Shown one piece after another: positions 8,810 through 18,414 of a stretch of DNA of 64,000 nucleotides. This DNA comes from an uncultured Bacillota bacterium (lineage in GTDB: Bacteria > Bacillota_I > Bacilli_A > RFN20 > CAG-288), in assembly GCA_949300365.1 (NCBI GenBank), contig CASGEC010000003.1, positions 53,585 to 117,584 on the forward strand, written 5' to 3'. The notes beneath the pieces were generated by a model, which worked only from the letters and a program-made list of their open reading frames with translations, was not told where the DNA came from and made no database searches. Position 1 is the first letter of the stretch; each line of letters starts with the position of its first letter. A program made the translations under genes and the position numbers.

Positions 8810-11800
8810 TTATTCCTTCGCCAGCCTTTGGATCTTTTGATTGATGTCCAGGACCATCTTGATATCCGCCTTGAGCCATTGGCGGTCGAGGGTGTAGAGG
8901 CCATTGGCTTCGGTTTCGCAGTCGCTAAGCTGAGTATAGACTAGGCCGTTGAGGTTTCCGTTCTGGATCTGCTTATAGAAGCCTTCGTAGAGCTTTCGAT
9001 AGCGCGTGAGGAAAGCCTCCTTGCTCTTGCAGACATGGTGGCCATAGACCTTGGGATAGAAGTAGTGGCCTTTGATTTTCAAGGAGGCACCACCGATCTC
9101 AGTCAGGACATAGGGCCGCTCCTTGTTTCTTCTGGGGATATGGGGAAGGGTATAGCTGTGGATGGAGAAGAGATCGGATTTTGGGGTATCAAGCCATCCG
9201 GATGCCGTATCGTAGAGGAAGTGGGGATACTCGCCCTTGAGGATGGAATAGAGCTTCTCGGGATCAAACTCGCCCCAGGCCTCGTTGAAGATGGTGATGA
9301 CGATGACGGCCGGGTTGTTGACAAGGTCCTGGATGATAGAAAGGCTTTCCTGGATGAACTTCTTCCGGCCTCTTTCGTCCTTTCTTCCATAGCCTCTCTC
9401 CGTCAAAAAGAAGCTGTGGTTGAAAAGAATGACGCTGGCCCTTGGGAAGACGACATTGAAGAAGGGAATGTGCTCACCGCCGTTGGGGATGTCCTGGATG
9501 AGGAGGATTCCCCTCTTTGCCGCTTCGTAGTAGAACCTCTCCTCTTCCACCTTGACGTGCATCCTGAGACAGTTGAAGCCCAGAAGCTTGGCGTTTTCGA
9601 TGTCCTTCCGGAAGAGATCTTCGTCTTCTGCCGTCAATCCGCCGAAGGGATAGTATCCCTGGTCCAATAGGCCGTTGAGGAAGACCTTCCTGCCATTGAG
9701 ATAGATGTGCTTCTTGCCATCCTTTCCCATCCCGACTTCGATCTTCCTGACGCCGAAGTAGGAGGTCACGAGATCGTCCTTACTCCTTACGGAGACGGGA
9801 TAGAGATAGGGATCTTCCAAAGACCAGGGCCGGAAGGGAAGGAGCTTTATCTTCTCTTCCTTATTGGTAGTCAGGGTCCTTTCCATGTCCCCGATCTGGA
9901 TCTTGACGGGGAAGTCCTTCTCTGCCCGGACAAGGACATGGACGCATTTCTCGTCGGCATCCGGCCTTAGGCTCAAGCCGAGGATGGCTTCCTCTCCAGA
10001 AGCTTCCAGATAGACGCTTTTGAAGATCCCGCTTGAGGAGGAATAGAACCAGCCGTTTGGCGTAAGCCTTTGCTTTCCCGTCATCCGGAAGGAGGAGTCG
10101 GTCAGGTCCCTGACGCGGACGACAAGGTCAAAAGAGGGTTTCTTAAGATAGGGTCGGATATCGACAGAAAAGCGGGTATAGCCGCCATCGTGGTGTCTGA
10201 CCTTGTTTCCATCGACATAGACATCGGCAATCTGGTCGACACCCTCAAAGAAGAGGAAGACATGTTCCCGATAGAACCTTTCCTCCAGATCGACCTGGCG
10301 GTGGTAGAAGAGATACTCGTCCTTGGAGAGGAGGCGGTTGACGCCGCTCATCGGGGATTCGATGGCAAAGGGGACATGGATCTTGCCTTCATAGGTCAAA
10401 GGAATAGTCTCATCCTTTGTTATGGCATAGTCCCACTCGCCTTCCAGGGAGAGGAAATCCTTGCGGGCAAAGGAGGGACGGGGATGACTCTCCCTATGGA
10501 CTTTTGGAAGGGGCATGTCGGGAAGGAGGTCCTTGAGCCTGTAGCCTTCGTTCTTGTCATAGCGTGTGCTCTTCTTCAGGAAGAAATAGGGAATGAAGAT
10601 CAGAAGGAGAAGGACAAGGCCGACAAGATAGCCGTATTTGGAAGGAAGAGAGGCCAGGACGCCGTATTCATTGGCATAAGACTCTCCGGTCATCTGGTTG
10701 AGGGCATTGCCGATAAAGGGGCCGACACACATCGGAAGGGCGACGACAAAGACCATCCTCACGCCCATGAAGCTTCCTTCCTTGCCTTTGGGGATATAGT
10801 CCCGGACAAGGGAATTGAGGATGGTCGGCATGGCGACATAGCCAAGGATCATGACCATGCCGGAGATGGCCGTATAGGCATAGCGACCGACATCATTCTC
10901 GATATCCGGGGCAAAGAAGAGGAGAAGAAGGCCAAGGGCAAGGATGATGGTCGTCGGGACGATCATCCTCGTCTTTCCCTTGCGGTCGGAAAGAAAGCCG
11001 ATAAGGACGCTTAAAACGGAGCCGAGGATCAGGGCGACGGCCATGACGATGGCAAATGGGGTCAGGAAGGAAGCGCCGCTATTGGGAACATGGGCCGTCC
11101 TTTCCACATAGACCATGAGATAGGGGAAGAAGACCTGGGTGGCAACGCCATAGACGAAATAGCAAAGAAGGACAAGGTAGAGGTTCTTGTTTTCCCTTAC
11201 CGTCTTGGGAAGGAAACCCTCGGCCAGGATAGGAAGAAGCTTCCTTGTGCTTTTTTCCTCTTTCTCTTCCTTGGGAATGAGGAAGAAGGAAACAAGGCCG
11301 ACCAGGACGACGATGCCACCGATGATATAGAAGAAGAGATCCCACTGTCCGGAAGCCGTCAGGCCATTGAGGGCGACGAAGATGATCAGCATCGCAATCA
11401 GGGGAAGGATCGAAAGGACACCTTCGACCTTTCCTCTGTTCTCGTCCTTGACGTTCTTGGTCACGTAGGAATTGAAGGCCGCATCGTTTGCCGTCGATCC
11501 CAAGAAGGTCATGATGCAGTCGATGACGATGACAAGGATCGCGGCCGTCATGGCACTCATGCTGATTGGTATGATGCTTTGGGCATTGCCGACATCGACA
11601 AGGCCAAAGGAAGCCGTGGCAATGCCCCACAAGACATAGCCCAAAGCGATGAAGATCTTCCTCTTCCTTACCTTGTCCGTCAAGGAACCCATGAAGATGG
11701 TCGTGATCGTTGCCGTGATGGCGCTTAAGGCCGTCGTCCAGGCCACCATCGGGGAAGGATCGAATCCTTGGCCCGTGGTCGAGAGATAGTAAAGATAGGT

Positions 11801-11905
11801 GTTGAGATACATGTTCTCGATCGACCAGGCAAACTGTCCGGCAAGACCGACGAAAACGAAAACAAGCCACTGCCGAAGCGTCACCTTCGTATTGGTCTTT
11901 TCCAT
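8810..11905 (-). CDS. MFS transporter fused to glycoside hydrolase family 2
   Basis: Residues ~1-445: about 12 TMs with motif A (GSLTDKVRKRK; GFLSDRKGK). Remainder GH2: HPRP, LEGEW, FEGVD, HDGGY, LDQGYY, FNEAWG, LTEIGG, ETEANGL. Confidence 0.9.
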   Translation of the reverse strand: MEKTNTKVTLRQWLVFVFVGLAGQFAWSIENMYLNTYLYYLSTTGQGFDPSPMVAWTTALSAITATITTIFMGSLTDKVRKRKIFIALGYVLWGIATASFGLVDVGNAQSIIPISMSAMTAAILVIVIDCIMTFLGSTANDAAFNSYVTKNVKDENRGKVEGVLSILPLIAMLIIFVALNGLTASGQWDLFFYIIGGIVVLVGLVSFFLIPKEEKEEKSTRKLLPILAEGFLPKTVRENKNLYLVLLCYFVYGVATQVFFPYLMVYVERTAHVPNSGASFLTPFAIVMAVALILGSVLSVLIGFLSDRKGKTRMIVPTTIILALGLLLLFFAPDIENDVGRYAYTAISGMVMILGYVAMPTILNSLVRDYIPKGKEGSFMGVRMVFVVALPMCVGPFIGNALNQMTGESYANEYGVLASLPSKYGYLVGLVLLLLIFIPYFFLKKSTRYDKNEGYRLKDLLPDMPLPKVHRESHPRPSFARKDFLSLEGEWDYAITKDETIPLTYEGKIHVPFAIESPMSGVNRLLSKDEYLFYHRQVDLEERFYREHVFLFFEGVDQIADVYVDGNKVRHHDGGYTRFSVDIRPYLKKPSFDLVVRVRDLTDSSFRMTGKQRLTPNGWFYSSSSGIFKSVYLEASGEEAILGLSLRPDADEKCVHVLVRAEKDFPVKIQIGDMERTLTTNKEEKIKLLPFRPWSLEDPYLYPVSVRSKDDLVTSYFGVRKIEVGMGKDGKKHIYLNGRKVFLNGLLDQGYYPFGGLTAEDEDLFRKDIENAKLLGFNCLRMHVKVEEERFYYEAAKRGILLIQDIPNGGEHIPFFNVVFPRASVILFNHSFFLTERGYGRKDERGRKKFIQESLSIIQDLVNNPAVIVITIFNEAWGEFDPEKLYSILKGEYPHFLYDTASGWLDTPKSDLFSIHSYTLPHIPRRNKERPYVLTEIGGASLKIKGHYFYPKVYGHHVCKSKEAFLTRYRKLYEGFYKQIQNGNLNGLVYTQLSDCETEANGLYTLDRQWLKADIKMVLDINQKIQRLAKE

Positions 11906-12054
11906 GGTTGCAGTCCTCTCTTACGGGAATTATAGCCGATTTCAGGACGGACGAGGTTCAAAAATCCAATCGCCGACGATCATCGGGAAATCCCTTTGGA
12001 AAGAACAAGGGGTCCAGGGGTTCTTTTTTGCAAAGGCGGAGAGCCGGCAAGGAT

Positions 12055-12083
12055 TTGCTTTTTTCCTTCTTTCCCTCTATCCT
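12055..12083 (+). promoter_or_regulatory. Putative sigma-70 promoter, probably giving a leaderless mRNA
   Basis: TTGCTT-17 bp-TATCCT; ATG 7 nt downstream; no Shine-Dalgarno. Confidence 0.45.
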
Positions 12084-12090
12084 AGTCGCT

Positions 12091-12495
12091 ATGAAACGTT
12101 TTTATTTCCTGGACGGCCCTGTGCCGCAGTTTCTCCTCCGCGTTGCCTTTTCCGTCCTCATCGGACTGGGTATCTTCCTTGGCATGTATCTTTCGACCGA
12201 CCGCACATTGATAAACGCCTGCAACAGTTGCTTCGTTCCTTTCTGCGTCCTTCTCTTTATCGGCCTCTGTTCCCTTGGAAACTACTTTGGCTGCTTCGAT
12301 TTGGGACTCTATGGCATGACATCGATCCTCTTTGCCATGAGAAAGGGAGCCATCCGTCCCTATGAAGACCTCATCGACTACAAGAACAAGAAGAAGATAA
12401 CCCGACACAGCAATGGCTACTACTTCATCCCTTATCTTGTCTCTTCCCTTTTCTTCCTCGTCCCGGCCATAGTCCTTTTCCTTCTTTGCCAATAA
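12091..12495 (+). CDS. DUF3899-like membrane protein
   Basis: Three TMs, G.FD...YG motif, YEDLIDYK; lies just upstream of the opp operon; ATG 12091. Confidence 0.65.
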   Translation: MKRFYFLDGPVPQFLLRVAFSVLIGLGIFLGMYLSTDRTLINACNSCFVPFCVLLFIGLCSLGNYFGCFDLGLYGMTSILFAMRKGAIRPYEDLIDYKNKKKITRHSNGYYFIPYLVSSLFFLVPAIVLFLLCQ

Positions 12496-12600
12496 GGAAA
12501 AGATCTCTTTTTCCTTGTTCCTCAAGGCATTGGAAGAAAGGAAGAGAAAGTACGTTTGAAAAGCGAAAAGCCTGCGAATTTATTGAATTCGAGCACAAAT

Positions 12601-12626
12601 AAAGAAAGTTGGAAACCGCTTTCTTT
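12601..12626 (+). terminator. Probable intrinsic terminator
   Basis: AAAGAAAGTTGG-AAA-CCGCTTTCTTT hairpin downstream of the DUF3899-like gene. Confidence 0.4.
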
Positions 12627-12910
12627 CAACTTTTGAAAAAGAATCCCATTGCTTTCTCGCAATATCCGGCAAAATTGCATTTTCTTTCAAAGAAAAGTTG
12701 TAAGGGCTTACTTCGTACTTTTCAAAAATCATCCAAAGAAGCCTGTATTGTCTCATAAATGTCCTTGTTTTCGGCGTTTTTTCTCTTTTTTGATTGTTCT
12801 TTCCTGCTTTGAAGGACGATTTTTGGAAAATATCTTCGTCTCAATAAGAAGGAATAGGAAAGCTGTCAATTCTGTCTTCTTTTGTCGTTTTTGCCCCTGG
12901 CGAGGAGAGG

Positions 12911-12939
12911 TTGACTCAATTTCGGAAGGCTTCTAGAAT
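12911..12939 (+). promoter_or_regulatory. Sigma-70 promoter of the opp operon
   Basis: TTGACT-17 bp-TAGAAT, 55 nt before the oppA ATG. Confidence 0.7.
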
Positions 12940-12994
12940 TGTCGCATTCTCAAGGCATTCGTTAGAAGCCTTGTGAGAAAGCGAGGCATATAGC

Positions 12995-15394
12995 ATGAAA
13001 AGATCCGTTCTACTTACTTCCATCGTCGCCTTGTCTGCCTTCTTCTCTCTGACATCCTGCAACAATGCAGGCGGCGATACGACTACTCCTCCTGTTGGAG
13101 GAACTACCACCCCCGGTGGTGATGACACTCCTGTTGAGCCCTTTGATGGTTGGGCCGATGAAGACGCTGCCCACGTTGCCCAAGAATACAAGGGTGTTGC
13201 CAATTCTGGCGAGGAAGGCATTAACCTTTCGGGTATCTCTGCTTCCGAAAAGGCATCACTTTTGGGTGATGTCGAGGCTTGGGCTCTGAAGAACCACCTC
13301 CTTGGCATTCCTCTCTTCGGCGATGGCGGATGGACACTTCTGAGCACAAGAGTCCAGCCGGCCCTTAACGAATATCTTGCCAACTATGGCTTTGGTATCT
13401 CCCGTGAAGGTAAGATCACCAGTGACATGACGGCCGAGCAAGAGCCGAATCCCGAATATCGTTCCTATTATCACAGCCCTTGGAATCCTTCGAATGCCGA
13501 CGGCAAACTGAATCCGTTTGATGCCAACAACAGCGCTGCCTCCTCCCTCAACGCAAACAATTTGATGGGTCTTTATTCTTCGAGGCTGAAGAAGGATGGC
13601 GAAGGCGGCTACCTTAATGAATGGGAGTGGTATCCTGCTCTTGCCGAAGATGTTCCTGAACCTGTCGACTGGGATGAAGAAACCAATACCGCAACGACAT
13701 GGAGAATCAAGGTCCGTACTACTGGCGTGAAATACACCACGGCCTCCACGGCAACAGTCAATGGCGTTGATCTTTCGAGGTTCAATGGCCAGGAGGTTTC
13801 TGCCAAGGATTATCTCTATAGCTATCATCTAATGCTGAACGGCAACAACCAGTATTCCTATACTCCTCAGTACATCACGGACTTTGTCGGAGCCAGCGAG
13901 TATTACGAGGCTTCCGCCTCAACGCCGGTCGGCTCTGATGCGGATAACGCACTTTTCGAGAAGGTCGGCATCAAGCTTGTCGATGACGATACCCTCGAGT
14001 TCCATTTCACTTCCACGATGACCAAGAACACGGTCATGATGCAACTCAGTAGCCATGGCCCGACAAACGAAGAGTTCTTCAAGGCTGTCACGGGTTGGGG
14101 AACGGATCACTATGATCCGAAGGCCTACGGATCCAACTTGGTCTTGGACGGAAAGACCTACACCCCTGCCGATACCCTCTTAAGTTGTGGCCCTTACACG
14201 CTGACAAAATATGATGTCGGAACCGGTAGTGACATGGAGATTGTCTACAAGCGGAACGATGATTGGATCGAAAGACAGCTTGAAAACAATGACAAGTATG
14301 AAATCTATGCCATCAAGGGCTATGTCTACAAAGTAAATTCGGCCTACGAGCAGTCTACGACCAGCGTCTATAACGACTATTTGGCCGGAAAACTTGACGA
14401 ATCTTCTATTCCTCTTGATAGAAGAGCGGACTGGGAAGGCGACAAGCCTGGCAAGTACATCACCGGAAACTACACCATCACCGCGCTCCAGATCAATTCC
14501 TGCACTTCCGACAGATGGCAGGAAGTCTTTGGCCCTGAAGGAACCAACTGGGAAAAACAACAGGACTACACCTACGATGAGGCAACAGCCAATGACTACA
14601 CCATCAAGCCGGTCATGTCCAATTCGGACTTCCTCGATGGTCTCTACTTCTCCATCAACCGTCAGGAACTTGCGGATACCTTGATGTACGGTGCTTCCAG
14701 CGACTGGATTGGTGAAGCCTACATGATGGACATCGACTCCCTTGTCTCCTATGATGCCACTGCCGCACATGCCAGAGCCGTCAAAGATTGGTCACCGGAT
14801 ACGCTCGGCTATAGTACTGCCATTGCCCAACAAAAATTCGAATCGGCAATGGATCAGTTGACGGAATCCGGAGCCTACACCCCTGGAACGGCTTCCGATC
14901 CTACCGTCATCAAGATCAGCATGCAGCTTGCTTCTCAGTCGCAAATTGATAACTGGGGCAACCGTGTCAAGTCCTACATTGAAAAAGCATTCAACACGAC
15001 CACCATGCTCAATAAGGGCTATAAGTTGGAAGTTGAGTTGCCTGCTGCTCCGGCAAATGGTGCAAGCGAGTGCTACACAATCCTTGCCAGTGGTTGCTAC
15101 GACCTCTGCTGGGGTGGAATCAGCGGCGGTACGGCCGATGCCTTCGGCATGATTGGCTGCTACCTCGATAGTTGGGACAACGGACTCCAGATGGGCGTCG
15201 GTACCCCCACGACTACCGATACCGGCAAAGGCGGAGTTATCTACGATGGTTATTCTTACTCCTTGCAGGGTATCTTCTATGCCATCGAGTGGGGTGGCCC
15301 GGTCATCATCGAAAATGGTGTTATGGTTGGTATTCCTGAGGAAGACGAGCCGGCTGAAGATTCTGGCGAAGACGATGAAGTCGCTGGCGACTAA
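12995..15394 (+). CDS. oppA: Oligopeptide ABC transporter substrate-binding lipoprotein
   Basis: Lipobox LTSC; family-5 SBP motifs (VSAKDYLYSY, LSCGPY, LYFSINRQ); first gene of the oppBCDF run. Confidence 0.85.
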   Translation: MKRSVLLTSIVALSAFFSLTSCNNAGGDTTTPPVGGTTTPGGDDTPVEPFDGWADEDAAHVAQEYKGVANSGEEGINLSGISASEKASLLGDVEAWALKNHLLGIPLFGDGGWTLLSTRVQPALNEYLANYGFGISREGKITSDMTAEQEPNPEYRSYYHSPWNPSNADGKLNPFDANNSAASSLNANNLMGLYSSRLKKDGEGGYLNEWEWYPALAEDVPEPVDWDEETNTATTWRIKVRTTGVKYTTASTATVNGVDLSRFNGQEVSAKDYLYSYHLMLNGNNQYSYTPQYITDFVGASEYYEASASTPVGSDADNALFEKVGIKLVDDDTLEFHFTSTMTKNTVMMQLSSHGPTNEEFFKAVTGWGTDHYDPKAYGSNLVLDGKTYTPADTLLSCGPYTLTKYDVGTGSDMEIVYKRNDDWIERQLENNDKYEIYAIKGYVYKVNSAYEQSTTSVYNDYLAGKLDESSIPLDRRADWEGDKPGKYITGNYTITALQINSCTSDRWQEVFGPEGTNWEKQQDYTYDEATANDYTIKPVMSNSDFLDGLYFSINRQELADTLMYGASSDWIGEAYMMDIDSLVSYDATAAHARAVKDWSPDTLGYSTAIAQQKFESAMDQLTESGAYTPGTASDPTVIKISMQLASQSQIDNWGNRVKSYIEKAFNTTTMLNKGYKLEVELPAAPANGASECYTILASGCYDLCWGGISGGTADAFGMIGCYLDSWDNGLQMGVGTPTTTDTGKGGVIYDGYSYSLQGIFYAIEWGGPVIIENGVMVGIPEEDEPAEDSGEDDEVAGD

Positions 15395-15427
15395 CGCTAG
15401 GTACGACGATAAGAAATTAGGATAGTA

Positions 15428-15459
15428 AAAGGGAAGCACCCATTTCGGTGCTTCCCTTT
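15428..15459 (+). terminator. Strong hairpin between oppA and oppB (partial terminator or mRNA stabiliser)
   Basis: AAAGGGAAGCACC-loop-GGTGCTTCCCTTT, 13-bp perfect stem. Confidence 0.7.
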
Positions 15460-15495
15460 GGCTGTCTATGGCGTCTTCGAAATCATGGAGGAAAT

Positions 15496-16536
15496 ATGGT
15501 TAAATATGTAATCCAAAGAGTGGTCCTGGCCTTTATAGCCTTGTTCATCATCCTTTCCTTGACCTTTATTCTCATGAAAACCTTGCCAATGGAAGTTGGT
15601 GGCATGACCCCCGAAGCAAAGCTGACATTCCTCATGAATGAGTACAACAAAGGCTATCTCATCATGAGTACCTCCTTAGACCCGGCTTTAGGTAACCCTA
15701 TGTCATCGGCAACATTAATGGGAAGCACGACCACCTACTATTTCTGGCAGAAACCCATCATGGAGCAATATGGCAAATGGGTTGTCGATGTCTTTACCAA
15801 GTGGGATTGGGGAACCTCCTACGTGATCGAAGTCAACAAGCCTTGCTTCGATGTCATCCTCAACGGCCTTCCCGCAACAATTTCCGTCAATGCCGTTTCC
15901 GTCATCATCGCCGTTCCGGTCGGTATCCTTCTTGGAATCTGGGCTGCCCTTAAAAAGGACAAGCCTACAGACACCGCCATCTCGACGATCATCATGATCT
16001 TGATTTCCGTTCCTTCCTTCGTCCTTATTACATTCCTCATCATGATTTTGGGATACAACCTGAAGTTGCTTCCGACGGAATGGCCAAAAAGTTACTATCC
16101 GATGAACCAAAAGGTCTTGGGATTCATCATCCCTGTCATCGCCTTGTCCTTGGGATCCATTTGTGGATACTGCCGCTTCACAAGAGCCGAACTCTGCGAT
16201 GTTCTTTCTTCCGACTATCTGCTTCTGGCGCGAACCAAGGGTCTTACCAAGAGACAGGCCGTCATGAGACATGCCTTGCGCAACGCCATGGTTCCTATCC
16301 TTCCTTCCATTCTTGCCGAAATCATCGGCCTTCTCTCTGGATCGATGATTGTCGAGTCTATCTACAACATTCCCGGAATCGGCTCCATCTTCATCAATGC
16401 CCTGAATAAGAAGGACTACAACCTCTTGATGGTCGATATGGCGGTCTTCACGACAATCGGCCTTCTTGCCGGCATTGTCCTTGATCTCTCCTATGGATTC
16501 CTTGATCCTCGGATCAGAATGGGGGCCAAGAAATGA
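15496..16536 (+). CDS. oppB: Oligopeptide ABC permease
   Basis: EAA loop ARTKGL..HALRNA; C-terminal LDPRIR; GGAGG RBS before ATG 15496. Confidence 0.92.
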   Translation: MVKYVIQRVVLAFIALFIILSLTFILMKTLPMEVGGMTPEAKLTFLMNEYNKGYLIMSTSLDPALGNPMSSATLMGSTTTYYFWQKPIMEQYGKWVVDVFTKWDWGTSYVIEVNKPCFDVILNGLPATISVNAVSVIIAVPVGILLGIWAALKKDKPTDTAISTIIMILISVPSFVLITFLIMILGYNLKLLPTEWPKSYYPMNQKVLGFIIPVIALSLGSICGYCRFTRAELCDVLSSDYLLLARTKGLTKRQAVMRHALRNAMVPILPSILAEIIGLLSGSMIVESIYNIPGIGSIFINALNKKDYNLLMVDMAVFTTIGLLAGIVLDLSYGFLDPRIRMGAKK

Positions 16537-18413
16537 CAAACGATAAAGAACTCTTCGTCTATAAGGACAGCTCACATCATGAGCACAGCATCGCCCTGAA
16601 GGAGGATGCCTTCACTTTCCAGCACCAAAGCAAGAACATCAAGGATGTCTCCTTCAAGGGAAAGCCGACGACATTCCTTCGCGATTGCTTCAGACGTTTC
16701 TGCAAGAGCCGGGCTTCCATCACGGCAAGTATCATCTTGGGATTCCTCATCCTGCTTGCCATCATCCTTCCTTTTGCCCTTCCCTATGATGTCACGGGAG
16801 GAACGACTTCCGGAATGGAATTCCTTCCCCCGAAGCTCTTCCCGACAGGAACCGGTTTTTGGGATGGCACCAAGTCCTATAAGGACATCATCTTCGACAA
16901 GGATACGAATCTTCCCCAAGGCGATTTCGATGAATCCTCCATTGTCAAGGAATCCATCAAGACCTACCCGGGTACGATCGACAACACGCCGAACAAGTTC
17001 GCAACCGGAGGCTACATCCGTATCGCCTCTTCTGGAACTTCCGGCGACTATGTCTGGTCGGACAAGACATTCACCCTTTCCGACACTACGAACCTGACTC
17101 TCACCTATGAAGTCCAGCCGCAGATCATGGAAAACTACTTGCCGGTCCCCTACTACATCTCCGTTGCGGCAGGTGAAAACGAATATTTCGTCGTCAAGAA
17201 CTCTCGGCAGTATGGTGAACAGACAGTCGATGTCGGAAGCTTCCTCAAGGAACAGGGTGTCACCTCCTTGGAAAGCGCCAGAATCCGTGTTGGCATCAAT
17301 GGTATCGGCCAGGAGGAGATGATCGGTGTCTTCTTAAAGAGCCTCGTCCTCAAAAACGGGACGACGACAATGACTGATGTCTCCATGATCGATGCCAACA
17401 AAGCCCTCTTGGACAAGACATGGAAGTATTCCTCCGGTGGTCTCTCCGGCCTTGCCGGTGCCACGATCACCTATTGTTCCTTCACCTATAATCCGTATCA
17501 GAAAGCCTACGGCAATTACACCTTTGTCTATAGCAAAAACGATATTCAGGACATGATTGACCAAGGGCTGTGCGAATATGACTTTGCTGTCGGTGAGTCT
17601 TCTTTCAAGGCCTTGACGGATACGTGTCCTATCATATCCGTCGACAAGCAAAGCGAACGAACGGCCGCTGGTATCACCGTCATCGAAATCACGGCAACCG
17701 TCAGTCGTTACAAGCAAAAAGGCTTCGCCAACATGCCCTACCACATCTTCGGAACCGATTCCCAGGGCCGTGACATGCTGAAATATGTCTTCGAGGGCCT
17801 TCGAAACTCCTTGGGTCTTGCCGTCGTCATCTCCGCCATCTGCTTCCTCTGCGGCTTAATCTGGGGTGCCATCGAAGGTTACTTCGGTGGAATGGTCGAT
17901 ATGACGATGGAAAGAATCGTCGATGTCCTTGCCAATATTCCTTCGATTATTCTGATTACGATCTGCGTCCTGCACCTCGGCCAGACCTTCTCCGTCTTCA
18001 TGCTTGCCATGTGCATGACGGGCTGGATCGGTTCGGCAGGTATCACCAGAACCCAATTCTACCGATTCAAGCGAAGGGAATACGTCTTGGCATCCCGATC
18101 CTTGGGTGCCTCGGACACAAGACTCATCGTCAACCACATTCTCCCCAATGCCATGGGTACGATCGTCACCTCTTCCGTTCTGATGATTCCGTCCGTCATC
18201 TTCACCGAAGCGACCATCGCCTACTTGGGTATCGGCCTTGCGGGTATGTCCTCGTTGGGTGTCATTCTCAACAATAACCAGAATTTCATCGGAAGCAACC
18301 AATACCTATTGATCTTCCCTTCCCTCGTCCTTGCCATCATGCTGATCTGCTTCAACCTCTTCGGAAACGGCCTCCGCGATGCCCTCAACCCGTCCCTGAA
18401 AGGAAGTGAATGA
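16533..18413 (+). CDS. oppC: Oligopeptide ABC permease with large extracytoplasmic insertion
   Basis: FGTDSQGRD, EYVLASRSLGAS, HILPN, GLRDALNP; long insert after TM1. Confidence 0.92.
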   Translation: MTNDKELFVYKDSSHHEHSIALKEDAFTFQHQSKNIKDVSFKGKPTTFLRDCFRRFCKSRASITASIILGFLILLAIILPFALPYDVTGGTTSGMEFLPPKLFPTGTGFWDGTKSYKDIIFDKDTNLPQGDFDESSIVKESIKTYPGTIDNTPNKFATGGYIRIASSGTSGDYVWSDKTFTLSDTTNLTLTYEVQPQIMENYLPVPYYISVAAGENEYFVVKNSRQYGEQTVDVGSFLKEQGVTSLESARIRVGINGIGQEEMIGVFLKSLVLKNGTTTMTDVSMIDANKALLDKTWKYSSGGLSGLAGATITYCSFTYNPYQKAYGNYTFVYSKNDIQDMIDQGLCEYDFAVGESSFKALTDTCPIISVDKQSERTAAGITVIEITATVSRYKQKGFANMPYHIFGTDSQGRDMLKYVFEGLRNSLGLAVVISAICFLCGLIWGAIEGYFGGMVDMTMERIVDVLANIPSIILITICVLHLGQTFSVFMLAMCMTGWIGSAGITRTQFYRFKRREYVLASRSLGASDTRLIVNHILPNAMGTIVTSSVLMIPSVIFTEATIAYLGIGLAGMSSLGVILNNNQNFIGSNQYLLIFPSLVLAIMLICFNLFGNGLRDALNPSLKGSE

Positions 18414-18414
18414 T

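Noticed and set aside
12610-12624. GAAACCGCTTTC resembling a cre/LacI operator
   Set aside because: Better explained as part of a terminator hairpin, and about 290 bp from the opp promoter.
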